Shown here one piece after another: positions 26,165-35,477 of a stretch of 64,000 bases of DNA. The stretch is from contig CBDFLI010000002.1 in NCBI GenBank assembly GCA_965249115.1, forward strand, positions 1,945,859 to 2,009,858, read 5' to 3'. The notes below the pieces were generated by a model. That model saw only the letters and a list, made by a program, of their open reading frames with translations. It had not been told where the DNA came from and ran no database searches. Source of the DNA: Dehalococcoidia bacterium (GTDB lineage: Bacteria > Chloroflexota > Dehalococcoidia > Lucifugimonadales > QGNO01). The stretch's first letter is position 1, and each line of letters opens with the position of its first letter. A program made the position numbers and the translations under genes.

Positions 26165-29100
26165 TCTAAACTCACCGATGGCGAAGTCCAGATGCTCCAA
26201 AGCGTCGACCCGCTCGCCTGGGTAGTGCTTCAGCAGCAACTCAGATAGCTGGAGACGGGTCAGGGCTATCTCGGGGCGATGGCCAATCTTGCCGCAGAGC
26301 TCCTGGGCTTGTTCGTAATAGCTCCGGGCCTTGTTAGGATCTCCCAGCAGCAATGCCGCCGCTCCCAGTTGACGAGCATGGGACTCAAAACTAAAACCTA
26401 GGAGGTGGCTGAATCCCTCCAGATCCTTTGATGCTATGGAGGCTGCCTCTTTTTGTTCCAGCTGTAATGCCATTTCAAGATATAGACTGCTGGGCCTACC
26501 CAGCGAATATTCTTGCTCTGAGGTCGCCTGGCGGCGCGCAACGAAAATACTCAGCACTTTCTGGGCCTGCTCGTTGCGGCCGATGTATGTCTCAATCAAG
26601 GCCTCGTTCGGGCGTAGTACGTCGTTACCTGTACCTGAGATGTCACCCATACCCGAGAGTTGTAGCCATTCATCAATGTAATCCAAAAGCTCCTGTGTCC
26701 TCCCCAGGTAAACTAGTGAGACCGAGCTGAATTCAATGCGCATTTGCCGCGCAGTTACCGAGTGACTCAGTTCGTCACCCCGTGTTACCAAACTCTCTGC
26801 GGTAGCCACCGCATCCTCGAGCCGACCGTCTATATTGGCAGATACCACTTCAGTGAGTATTGAGCGCAGCAGTATCCACGAGTCTTGAGTGCGCAGGGCC
26901 AGCTCCTGTATCTGGCGCCACATCTCATCCGCTCTCGCTCTTTCACCGTGCTTTAAGAATATCCGGCCTGAAGCCTCGAGGAGTGAAACAAGAGTCCTGG
27001 CAGTGACCCCGGTGTGGGCCCGGGCGGAAAACTCTTCTGCCAACCCAAGAGCCTCCTCTGCATGCCGAGGATCTCTAGTTGACTCATACAGGATTGCCAT
27101 TGTCCGGGATGCAACGTGGAACAGCGCCTCGTTGTCGTCCAGCTGTCGGGCAAGCTCCAATGCGGGGCGTAAGAGACCGACAGCCTCCACCCAGTGCCCA
27201 GCCCTCCGCTGGGCCCAAGCCAACGCGATGTCTGCGTGTATCCTGTGGACAGTCCCGGGCCCCGCATGGTGGTCGGCTCGCTCCGCCCAACGGTTCCACT
27301 CAGGCATTAATGTTGCTACCGCTGCTGCGTATCTCAGTAGTCCAGTGATGGCCACACGGCAAGCCAGAGACGCTCTGTCGCTGTCACCTACTTCCTCTGC
27401 CAAGGAAAAGGCTTCGGGGGCCACTGTTTCATAGGCGCGCCTTGGCTCCCCGGCAGGCATCAGAGCCTCGCCCAGGGCCAACAAAAGGTCGCACCGTTTG
27501 GCCTTATCTTCGAGGTCAAGAACTTCCTGCACCTGGATAGCTTGACCCAACAGTCGGGCCGCCTCTCCATATCCGGAAACGCTCAATGCCCGCTGAGCGG
27601 CCATCTCCCCGTACTGTACGGCCTTGGTCAGGTCTTCGGGGACCGAGGATTGGGAGAAATGCTCTGCCATCTCGGATGAGTGATCTTCCAGCCGGCGCTG
27701 ATGGACCGACTCCAGCGCAGCACCAACCTGCTGGTGCATTCGGATGCGCCGGGGCGCTATGGTCTCCTCGTACAGGGTCTGGCGGAAGAAGGCATGCGTA
27801 AACCGGTATGTAACCACCGCTCCGGCAGCGGTACGCTCCTCCACGACTCCCACGCCTTTTGCCTCCTCCAACAGCGTGAAAAGAGCATCCTCTTCCAACC
27901 CTGCTACCTGTTGAAGGACGTCCAGCCTGAACTCCCTCCCCACCACCGCGGCAATGGCCAGTACGCCGTTGCACTCCTCGCTGAGCTTGGTGAGGCGCTT
28001 CCCGATAACGTCCCGCAGTCCCTCGGGAACGCTGAACTCCGTGGCAGGCTCGCCTGTCGTACGCCACCGTCCCACCCAGCGTCCCCCTTGCCGGCTGATC
28101 ATGCCCTCCTCCACGAAGTACCGGAACACCTCCTGAATGAAAAGGGGGTTACCCTCGGTCTGCCTAAACACGGCCTCGGACACCTGCCGGCGAGCCCCCG
28201 AACCTTCTAAGTTGCTCCACATTCTGTGCACTTCATCCACGGTCAGGCCTCTCAATGGAATGCGAGTGAATGCGGAACCTCGACGGAGTTCAGCTAGTGC
28301 GCTGGACAGAGGGTGAGACCGGTCAACCTCCACATCCCGGTAGGTGCCAACTATCAGGAGTCGAGTGCCAGATAGGTTGCGGGCCACGTGGGTCAGCATG
28401 TCCAACGTGCCGCTGTCGGCATCGTGCAGGTCCTCCAGCACTATCATCAAAGGTTGGACTGTGGAGGCGTTGCGCAGGAACGTCGTTACCGACTGCATCA
28501 GACGATAGCGCTCCTCATCGGGGTCACCAGGTTCTGTCAGTTCCACCTGCACGCGGTCCCGTATCTCGGATACGATGCGCGCTACCACTGCAGCACCCGT
28601 GCCCAGATCCTCTTTCAGTCCATCCGGCTCTCGGGTCAGCACATAGGAGCGCATGGCCTCTACGAAGGCCAGGTAAGGCAGTGTCAGTGACCCCTCCTCG
28701 TAGCAGTGGCCAAACAGAGTTGTGCCGCCCCGCATGGATACGTAGGTTGCGATCTGCTCGGTGATGGAGGTCTTGCCTATCCCAGGCTCTCCGGCGACCA
28801 TGATCAATGAGCCTTCACCTGATAAGGCGCTGTCAAAGGCAGCCTCCATTTGTCTGAGTTCGCTCTCCCTGCCAACGAAAGTTCTGCGGTAGATGGGGTT
28901 TTCACTAATGGTTGCTTGGGCAGGATCTTTCTCTCTCGTGTCTGATGTGGCGCCCTGGCCCACGTCCACGCTCTCCAGTGCCTGCCTTACCTCGTCAGCC
29001 GACGCAGGCCGCTTCTCAGGGTCCTTCTCCAGCAATCGAAGTATCAGGACCTCCAACGCGGTCGGACATTCAGGATTATGCCAAGAAGGCGCAACAGGGG

Positions 29101-30016
29101 GCGTGTTCAGATGTTGTGTGATGATGGCGACGCTTTCATCCCCGATGAAGGGAGGTCTCCCAGTCACCATCTCGAACAGCATGGCGCCTAATGAGTAGAG
29201 ATCACTCCGAGCCTCCACAGTGCCACCCATGGCCTGCTCCGGGGGCATGTAGGACACTGTGCCGACCATCATGCCCTCAGTAGTGATACGGGAGCGGTCC
29301 GTGGCCACTGCCAATCCGAAGTCGCATATGCTGGCCGTGCCACCCTCGGTAAGCAAGACGTTGCCAGGCTTGAGGTCCCTGTGCACGATACCCTTAGAGT
29401 GGAGGAACCCCAGGCCAAAGCATACTTCCTGAGCTATCTCGATGGCCCGCTCCAGGGGAACCTTGTGTTCCGGAGCATCCTCGATCAGACCCTCAACGTC
29501 ACCGCCGGTCATGAATGGCAGAACCAAATAGGGCTGGCCGCTCTCTTCACCGAAGTCGTATATCGGCAGGATGTTTGGATGGTCCCCCACACGACCCATG
29601 GCCTGGGCCTCTCGCGAGACACGGGTCCTGGAGATCTCGTCCATGCCTTCCGTCTTTATGAGGGCAAATGCTACGTCTCTATCGAGATTAGTGTCGTGGG
29701 CCAGGTAGACCTTCTTCTTGCCTCCTTCGCCGAGGAAGCGTTTGACCTCGTAACGGCCATCGGCGAAGGAGGTGGGGAGGGGAGACGAGCTTGGGGGAGG
29801 CGTAGGTTGGTCCGTTTTAAGTGAGGTGCCCGTGGACTCCTGGGGTTCCCGCTCGGCGGCACTCAGAAAGGCCTGGGCGTCGGCGTTATCCGGGTCAAGA
29901 CGCAAAACGTCCTGAGACCGCTCAAGAACAGAATCCCAGTCACGTTGGACAAGCGCCTGCTCCGCTTCGTCGAACAGACGATCGATCTGCCGCCTGATTC
30001 GCTCCGTCGCCATCAT
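26102..30016 (-). CDS. Multidomain Ser/Thr protein kinase - AAA/STAND-type NTPase - TPR/helical repeat protein (1304 aa)
   Basis: Kinase motifs 'GEGGKKKVY', 'VAFALIK', 'HRDLKPGNVLL', 'DFGLA' and 'SYMPPE'. Walker A 'GEPGIGKTS', Walker B-like 'LMIVLEDLHDAD', and about 650 aa of helical repeats. Confidence 0.85.
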   Translation of the reverse strand: MMATERIRRQIDRLFDEAEQALVQRDWDSVLERSQDVLRLDPDNADAQAFLSAAEREPQESTGTSLKTDQPTPPPSSSPLPTSFADGRYEVKRFLGEGGKKKVYLAHDTNLDRDVAFALIKTEGMDEISRTRVSREAQAMGRVGDHPNILPIYDFGEESGQPYLVLPFMTGGDVEGLIEDAPEHKVPLERAIEIAQEVCFGLGFLHSKGIVHRDLKPGNVLLTEGGTASICDFGLAVATDRSRITTEGMMVGTVSYMPPEQAMGGTVEARSDLYSLGAMLFEMVTGRPPFIGDESVAIITQHLNTPPVAPSWHNPECPTALEVLILRLLEKDPEKRPASADEVRQALESVDVGQGATSDTREKDPAQATISENPIYRRTFVGRESELRQMEAAFDSALSGEGSLIMVAGEPGIGKTSITEQIATYVSMRGGTTLFGHCYEEGSLTLPYLAFVEAMRSYVLTREPDGLKEDLGTGAAVVARIVSEIRDRVQVELTEPGDPDEERYRLMQSVTTFLRNASTVQPLMIVLEDLHDADSGTLDMLTHVARNLSGTRLLIVGTYRDVEVDRSHPLSSALAELRRGSAFTRIPLRGLTVDEVHRMWSNLEGSGARRQVSEAVFRQTEGNPLFIQEVFRYFVEEGMISRQGGRWVGRWRTTGEPATEFSVPEGLRDVIGKRLTKLSEECNGVLAIAAVVGREFRLDVLQQVAGLEEDALFTLLEEAKGVGVVEERTAAGAVVTYRFTHAFFRQTLYEETIAPRRIRMHQQVGAALESVHQRRLEDHSSEMAEHFSQSSVPEDLTKAVQYGEMAAQRALSVSGYGEAARLLGQAIQVQEVLDLEDKAKRCDLLLALGEALMPAGEPRRAYETVAPEAFSLAEEVGDSDRASLACRVAITGLLRYAAAVATLMPEWNRWAERADHHAGPGTVHRIHADIALAWAQRRAGHWVEAVGLLRPALELARQLDDNEALFHVASRTMAILYESTRDPRHAEEALGLAEEFSARAHTGVTARTLVSLLEASGRIFLKHGERARADEMWRQIQELALRTQDSWILLRSILTEVVSANIDGRLEDAVATAESLVTRGDELSHSVTARQMRIEFSSVSLVYLGRTQELLDYIDEWLQLSGMGDISGTGNDVLRPNEALIETYIGRNEQAQKVLSIFVARRQATSEQEYSLGRPSSLYLEMALQLEQKEAASIASKDLEGFSHLLGFSFESHARQLGAAALLLGDPNKARSYYEQAQELCGKIGHRPEIALTRLQLSELLLKHYPGERVDALEHLDFAIGEFRDMKMQPSLERALRHRDILKA

Positions 30017-30215
30017 GTCTCCAGTGGGAAAGGAGATGGCGTCATTGTAGTCCCGCCATGAATACAGTCAAGCCGAACTTGTCCAAAGGCCAGCTTGGGA
30101 AAGCCACGGTCGAGTTGATGACGGCATGGGTATGCGCTATGAGTCAGTCGACGTTTCCCGACCAGCAGAGCAACCCTCTGTTATTTGTGGTAACATTTCG
30201 CTCAGTGGTAGATGT

Positions 30216-30244
30216 TTGCACCCATACCTCTGATTGTCTATAGC
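30216..30244 (+). promoter_or_regulatory. Candidate promoter for the Zn-ribbon/RRM gene pair
   Basis: TTGCAC, 17-nt spacer, TATAGC. This would give a 5' UTR of about 85 nt. Confidence 0.3.
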
Positions 30245-30336
30245 GTGCGTCCTATGCGTGCCCACCTGATTCTCCAAGGCATCCTCTGTATCGGTGACTA
30301 GGCCCCTGCCAACTATTTCAAGAAAGGAGTTCACCG

Positions 30337-30645
30337 ATGAACTACGAGGACAGGACACTTACGTGTCAGGATTGCGGGCAGCCGTTTACCTTTACCGCAG
30401 ACGATCAGTCGTACCATGCGATGAAGGGTTTCACAAACGAGCCCAAGCGCTGTGACTCGTGCCGTCAGGCCCGCCGCAGCGAGCGGGATGGTGGTTACGG
30501 CCAAGGCCGGCGTGAGATGTATCCGGTGGTCTGCGCCGAATGCGGCAAAGATGCCACGGTCCCATTCCAGCCCCGTGGCGATCGTCCGGTTTACTGCAGC
30601 GATTGCTTCAGCAAACAGCGGGCAGGCGCACGGTCAAGCTGGTAA
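30337..30645 (+). CDS. Zinc-ribbon protein with two CxxC-x17-CxxC modules
   Basis: 'CQDCGQPFTFTADDQSYHAMKGFTNEPKRCDSC' and 'CAECGKDATVPFQPRGDRPVYCSDC'. RBS is AAAGGAG. Confidence 0.6.
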   Translation: MNYEDRTLTCQDCGQPFTFTADDQSYHAMKGFTNEPKRCDSCRQARRSERDGGYGQGRREMYPVVCAECGKDATVPFQPRGDRPVYCSDCFSKQRAGARSSW

Positions 30646-30734
30646 AGGCGCAGCAGAAGCAGAGGGGCGACACTCGCCTCCCTGGATAAATGTTGGCGGC
30701 CGACTGCCGCCGATCTAAAAAAGAGGAGAAGAGA

Positions 30735-31121
30735 TTGAGGATTTACGTAGGCAACTTTGGGTTTGAAACAAGTGAACAGGAGCTACGCCAGGCGTTCGAG
30801 GCGCATGGCCAGGTGGAAGAGATTTCAATGATTCGGGACCGCGATACAGGCCGTTCCAAAGGGTTCGCCTTTGTGGAAATGCCGACCGGTGCGGAAGCCC
30901 AGGCCGCAATCGGCGCAATTAACGGCCAGGAATTCGGCGGACGCCCCGTAACGGTCAACGAAGCCCGGCCTCGACAGGAACGCAGCTTTGGTGGCGGCGG
31001 CGGTGGTGGATTTGGGAACCGTGGTGGCGGTGGCGGTGGTGGATTTGGGAACCGTGGTGGCGGTGGCGGTGGCGGTTTCCAAAATGCGCGTAAGAGCGGT
31101 GACCGAGGCCCCCGCTGGTAG
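30735..31121 (+). CDS. RRM-domain RNA-binding protein with glycine-rich tail
   Basis: RNP2 'IYVGNF' and RNP1 'KGFAFVEM'. The tail is GGGGGGGFGNR repeats. The likely TTG start at 30735 follows AAGAGGAGAA. The ORF-track ATG at 30690 is probably too far upstream. Confidence 0.85.
   Translation: MRIYVGNFGFETSEQELRQAFEAHGQVEEISMIRDRDTGRSKGFAFVEMPTGAEAQAAIGAINGQEFGGRPVTVNEARPRQERSFGGGGGGGFGNRGGGGGGGFGNRGGGGGGGFQNARKSGDRGPRW
31005..31070 (+). repeat. Perfect 33-bp tandem duplication inside the Gly-rich tail
   Basis: GGTGGATTTGGGAACCGTGGTGGCGGTGGCGGT occurs at 31005-31037 and again at 31038-31070, with partial copies on both flanks. Confidence 0.9.
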
Positions 31122-31396
31122 AAAAGTGACGTGATATCCGCCTGCGCCCAGGTCGCCCTGTACGGGTATGTAGCTTGTGGCGCAGGCGGTAGGACTGGCT
31201 TCTGTACGGCATGGCCCACCACAGGGGATTCCGGCCCCTGCCTGGTCTGGGGTCGTGAATCTGTGTCGTTACTTCCGAATCTGCACCGAGAAAGACCCTC
31301 CTCCCCCTTGGCTGGGTCGCTGTACGTCGTTGCTACAATACCTCCGCCTGTACCGCGCTTCGCAATCCACACGGTACGTGCAGGGTAAGAAATAAT

Positions 31397-32398
31397 ATGA
31401 GTCTCTCGCTGAATCTGTCCGCATCCATTGCGGTGTTCCTGATATCCGCGGTTGTCGTTGTGACGTCGTCGATCATGCTGGCAATATCCGGTGATGTCAT
31501 AGCCTCCCGGACCAGGTGGGGCCGACTATGGGTAGGAGCGTTGCTTATGGCCGGGGCCACATCGCTACCGGAGCTGGTCACCGTTGTAGCAGCTGTTCGC
31601 ATCGAAGCGCCATCGTTGGCCGCAGGCACCATTTTTGGAGCCAATATGCTCAACATGACTAAGCTGACCCTGGTGATTGCTCTGGTAGGAGGGAGAAAAA
31701 CGTTTCAGCGGATCAGGCCTGAGCAGGCGCTGCTACTGGTACTGGCCCTGATACTTACGGCGTTGGCAACACTGTTTGCCGCCCTTCGGCTGGACGTCAA
31801 ATGGCTGATACTTAGCCTTCCTTCGCTGGTGATCCTGGCAGTCTACGTTGTTGGGACTCGCATCATCTACAAGCGTAGCGTCGTGGGCGCACAGGAGACA
31901 GAACCAGGTGGAGAGTCTGAGCATTCCCTTGCTTGGGGATGGGGCTTCTTCCTCTTGGCTGCCGCATTCATATTCATATCCGCCCCTTTCCTGGCCATCA
32001 GTGCTGACCGCATCGCGGAACTGGCAGGTGTCTCAGAAAGTTTCCTTGGGGTCCTGGCTGTAGCTTTCGTGACCTCGCTGCCGGAGTTGGTCGCTCTAAT
32101 CACTGCCATGCGGATAGGGGCGTATGACCTGGCATTGTCCGGACTGTATGGCAGCAACGCCATCAATATTGCCGTCCTGGGAATCGCCGACCTCTTCCAC
32201 GCTCCCGGTTCGCTCTTTGGAAGCCTGGACGTAAGCCATGTGGTGGCTGGGCTGTTCGCCGTGCTGCTGATGGGCCTTGGGACTATCCAGGTCATTCGGA
32301 GAAAGTCGGTGGACCACTTCTCTCTAACCCAGCCCAGTACCGTGGTTATGGTCGGACTCTACCTGATTGGCCTCTTCCTGGTGTTTGGGCTCAGCTAG
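31397..32398 (+). CDS. Ca2+/cation antiporter (CaCA, YrbG-like) family membrane protein
   Basis: Two alpha-repeat signatures, 'GATSLPELVTVVAAV' and 'FVTSLPELVALITAM', in a 333-aa polytopic protein. Confidence 0.75.
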   Translation: MSLSLNLSASIAVFLISAVVVVTSSIMLAISGDVIASRTRWGRLWVGALLMAGATSLPELVTVVAAVRIEAPSLAAGTIFGANMLNMTKLTLVIALVGGRKTFQRIRPEQALLLVLALILTALATLFAALRLDVKWLILSLPSLVILAVYVVGTRIIYKRSVVGAQETEPGGESEHSLAWGWGFFLLAAAFIFISAPFLAISADRIAELAGVSESFLGVLAVAFVTSLPELVALITAMRIGAYDLALSGLYGSNAINIAVLGIADLFHAPGSLFGSLDVSHVVAGLFAVLLMGLGTIQVIRRKSVDHFSLTQPSTVVMVGLYLIGLFLVFGLS

Positions 32399-32409
32399 AG
32401 GACCGCACT

Positions 32410-33810
32410 TTAGGCATCCTTCAAAGCGGTCACCAGGTCCAGTGCCACCTGTTTGGCGTCACCAAATAGCATCAGAGCGTTGTCGGCGGCAAACAACGGG
32501 TTGGGGATCCCTGCGAACCCCGGGCTCAGGCTGCGTTTGACCACAACTACCGTCTGGGACTGGTCCACGTTAAGAATTGGCATACCGGCAATGGGGTTGG
32601 AGGGGTCGTCGGAGTCCCTGGCGACGGGGTTGGTCACATCGTTGGCTCCAATCACCAGAGTAATGTCCGTTTGCGAGAACATCGAGTTGATTTCGTCCAT
32701 CTCCTTCAGCTTTTCATAGGAGATGTCCACTTCCGCCAGGAGGACGTTCATGTGGCCCGGCATGCGTCCCGCCACGGGATGGATGCCGAACAGTACCTCG
32801 ATGCCTCTGGACTCCAGCAGGTTGGCCAGGTCCCGTACCGCATACTGGGCCTGCGCCACCGCCATGCCGTAGCCCGGCACTATGACCACTCGCCGGATGC
32901 CATCCATCAGCATGGCCAGCTCTTCGGGGGATGTGGTCTTGACCCTGCCTGCGTAAATGTCGTCGCCAGAAGCGGTAGGGGCTGCCACAGCTCCCACACC
33001 GGCGAAGAGGACGTTGGTCAAGGAGCGGTTCATGGCCTTGGACATTATCCTGGTGAGGATGAGCCCCGCGGCGCCCACCAGAGACCCGGCGATGATGAGC
33101 ATGTTGTTGTCCAGGACAAACCCGGTGGCCGCAGCCGCAAGCCCGGAGTAGGAGTTCAGCAGGGAGATTACCACCGGCATATCCGCTCCGCCTATGGGTA
33201 CAACCAGCATGATCCCGAAGACCGAAGCGACGCCCACCAGGATCCAGAAGGCAAGGCTGGAGCTTGGGTCCACCACCAACCAAACACCCAGTCCAACGCA
33301 GGCCAGGGCCAGCAGCGCATTCAGGATATGTCGCCCGGGGAGGAGTACGGGTTGCTCCGTGACCAGCCCCTGGAGCTTGCCAAAGGCCACCAGGCTTCCC
33401 AGTAACGTGACCGACCCTATGAGTGCCGTGGCTGCCAGTGCGATGGTGAACTGAACGGCAATATCGGCTGCGCCAGCTGCGAGCGCTTTCTCCAACGCGG
33501 CCCCTGCAACCAGCACAGATGCCACGCCGCCGAAGCCGTTGAAAAGCGCTACCAACTGGGGCATAGAGGTCATGGCCACACGGGTCGCCAGGACTATGCC
33601 AATCACAGCCCCAACAACCACACCCGCAGCTATGAACTCAAAGCTAACTATGTCCCTGTCAAACAGGGTCACCACAATGGCAAGCAACATGCCCGTGGCA
33701 CCCATGAGGTTGCCCCGTACCGCCGTACGGGGATGAGAGAGACCCTTCAGCCCCAGTATGAACAGGGCAGCAGCCAGGAGATAGACTAGATTTACAATAT
33801 CATCGGACAC
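32410..33810 (-). CDS. pntB: NAD(P) transhydrogenase subunit beta
   Basis: 466 aa with a polytopic N-terminal half. The C-terminal dIII carries 'VPGYGMAVAQAQ' and 'HPVAGRMPGHMNVLLAE'. Confidence 0.9.
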   Translation of the reverse strand: MSDDIVNLVYLLAAALFILGLKGLSHPRTAVRGNLMGATGMLLAIVVTLFDRDIVSFEFIAAGVVVGAVIGIVLATRVAMTSMPQLVALFNGFGGVASVLVAGAALEKALAAGAADIAVQFTIALAATALIGSVTLLGSLVAFGKLQGLVTEQPVLLPGRHILNALLALACVGLGVWLVVDPSSSLAFWILVGVASVFGIMLVVPIGGADMPVVISLLNSYSGLAAAATGFVLDNNMLIIAGSLVGAAGLILTRIMSKAMNRSLTNVLFAGVGAVAAPTASGDDIYAGRVKTTSPEELAMLMDGIRRVVIVPGYGMAVAQAQYAVRDLANLLESRGIEVLFGIHPVAGRMPGHMNVLLAEVDISYEKLKEMDEINSMFSQTDITLVIGANDVTNPVARDSDDPSNPIAGMPILNVDQSQTVVVVKRSLSPGFAGIPNPLFAADNALMLFGDAKQVALDLVTALKDA

Positions 33811-33811
33811 G

Positions 33812-34093
33812 CTAGTTTTTCCTCTGGAACATTTGGAGCATCCGGTGTGTTACCAGAAATCCGCCTACCACGTTTATTGTGGCCAGGACCACTGCTGCGA
33901 AACCCAGTCCGGTGGCCAGCGTGTTGACATCGGCGCCTGCCGCCGCAACCGCTCCCACAAGGGTAATCCCGGATAGGGCGTTGGAGCCTGACATCAGGGG
34001 CGTATGCAGGAGAGGGGGCACCTTGGCGATTACTTCAAAGCCTACGAAGACCGCCAGCACCAGGATGGTCAGAGATACGACCAGGATTTCCAT
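33812..34093 (-). CDS. pntAB: NAD(P) transhydrogenase subunit alpha part 2
   Basis: 93-aa three-TM protein with 'HTPLMSGSNALSGI', lying between pntAA and pntB. Confidence 0.85.
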   Translation of the reverse strand: MEILVVSLTILVLAVFVGFEVIAKVPPLLHTPLMSGSNALSGITLVGAVAAAGADVNTLATGLGFAAVVLATINVVGGFLVTHRMLQMFQRKN

Positions 34094-35298
34094 TATGTGC
34101 CACTCCTTTCGTCACCTGTTGCGGCAGGCACTTCCAGACCCAGCAATTCCCGGACTCGCGGGTTCGTAACCTCCCCCTGGTGGGTGAGCAGGCTTTCTTT
34201 GATGACCTGGTCCTCCATATTGAGGTTGATCTCTCCATCCTTTACCATGTTCTGGAGGAAAGAGGTAACGTTTCTGGCATACATCTGACTGGCATGGTAG
34301 GGAATTGAAGAAGCCAGGTTGATGGGTCCCATTATGGTGACTCCGTTGTAGTCTACGTTCTCTCCCGGGCGGGTCAGCTCGCAGTTGCCACCGCCCTCGG
34401 CGGCCAGGTCTATGATGATGGAGCCACGCGCCATGCCCTTGACCATATCTTCGGTCACCAGGACGGGCGCCTTACGGCCGGGCACCGCCGCTGTGGTGAT
34501 CACCACGTCGCTACCGGCCACAACCTCCGTCATCAACTCCCTCTGACGCTTGTAGAACTCCTCGTCCATTTCCCTGGCGTAGCCACCGGACCCCTCGGAC
34601 CCTTCGGTCTCCAGGTTAATTTCAACGAACCTGGCTCCAAGGCTTTCCACCTGGTCCTTTACCGCTGGCCGTACGTCGTAGGCCTGGACCACCGCTCCCA
34701 ACCGTTTTGCAGTCGCGATGGCCTGGAGTCCCGCGACTCCTACTCCAACGATGAATACCTGGGCCGGCTTAATCGTCCCGGCGGCGGTCATCATCATGGG
34801 ATACATCTTCGGCAGGGTGTCGGCGGCTATAAGCACGGCCTTGTAGCCCGCTATTGTGGCCATAGACGTCAGAGCGTCCATGGACTGCGCCCGGCTGATT
34901 CGCGGGACCATCTCCAGGGCAAAGGACGTGACACCGGCGCTTGCAAGCTCCTGAGCGGCCTGTGGAGAGCCCAGAGGGTCCAGCAGCCCAAGCAAAACCT
35001 GGCCTGACCGGGTCAGCTTTAGGTCACCTTGGCCGGCGTCCGGGTTTGCCCCCAGGCCACGGACCTGTGTAATCACGTCCGCCGACTTGAAGAGCTGCGA
35101 ACGGCCTGCCGCAACAGTTGCTCCTTGCTCTTCATAGGCCTCATCGGGATACCCCGCACTCAAACCCGCTCCCTTTTCCACAAGGACCTGTAAGCCTAAT
35201 TTGGCCAGAGTAGGCAAAACAGCCGGGACCAGAGCCACCCTCAGTTCATTGGGATAGGTCTCTTTGGGAACTCCTACGATCATTTGGACCTCTGGCAT
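34093..35298 (-). CDS. pntAA: NAD(P) transhydrogenase subunit alpha part 1
   Basis: 'MIVGVPKETYPNELRVALVP' and 'VFIVGVGVAGLQAIATAKRLGA' Rossmann motif. The start is either the ATG at 35298 or the ATG at 35283 (see the tandem duplication finding). Confidence 0.9.
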   Translation of the reverse strand: MPEVQMIVGVPKETYPNELRVALVPAVLPTLAKLGLQVLVEKGAGLSAGYPDEAYEEQGATVAAGRSQLFKSADVITQVRGLGANPDAGQGDLKLTRSGQVLLGLLDPLGSPQAAQELASAGVTSFALEMVPRISRAQSMDALTSMATIAGYKAVLIAADTLPKMYPMMMTAAGTIKPAQVFIVGVGVAGLQAIATAKRLGAVVQAYDVRPAVKDQVESLGARFVEINLETEGSEGSGGYAREMDEEFYKRQRELMTEVVAGSDVVITTAAVPGRKAPVLVTEDMVKGMARGSIIIDLAAEGGGNCELTRPGENVDYNGVTIMGPINLASSIPYHASQMYARNVTSFLQNMVKDGEINLNMEDQVIKESLLTHQGEVTNPRVRELLGLEVPAATGDERSGT

Positions 35299-35477
35299 CT
35301 GGACCTCTGGCGTCTCGCCTGGTGGGACATCATTCCACGCTTCATCATCTTATGCCTTATGACAACGATGAAATTCGTTGCAGCCCGGCATACCCCTGTA
35401 TAAGTTGCGGGCATTAGGATATACACCTTGGGGTTGTTGAGCAACCCATCGCTACGAAATCCGAACAAAATTTTCCC

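Noticed and set aside
30743-31372. 209-aa minus-strand ORF with poly-Pro runs
   Set aside because: The Pro runs are the reverse-complement image of the Gly-rich tail of the RRM protein. The RRM frame has RNP1/RNP2 motifs and an RBS.
35280-35468. 62-aa minus-strand ORF upstream of pntAA
   Set aside because: It sits in the divergent promoter region between pntAA and rpsL. It has no RBS or motif and overlaps the region of the predicted str promoter.
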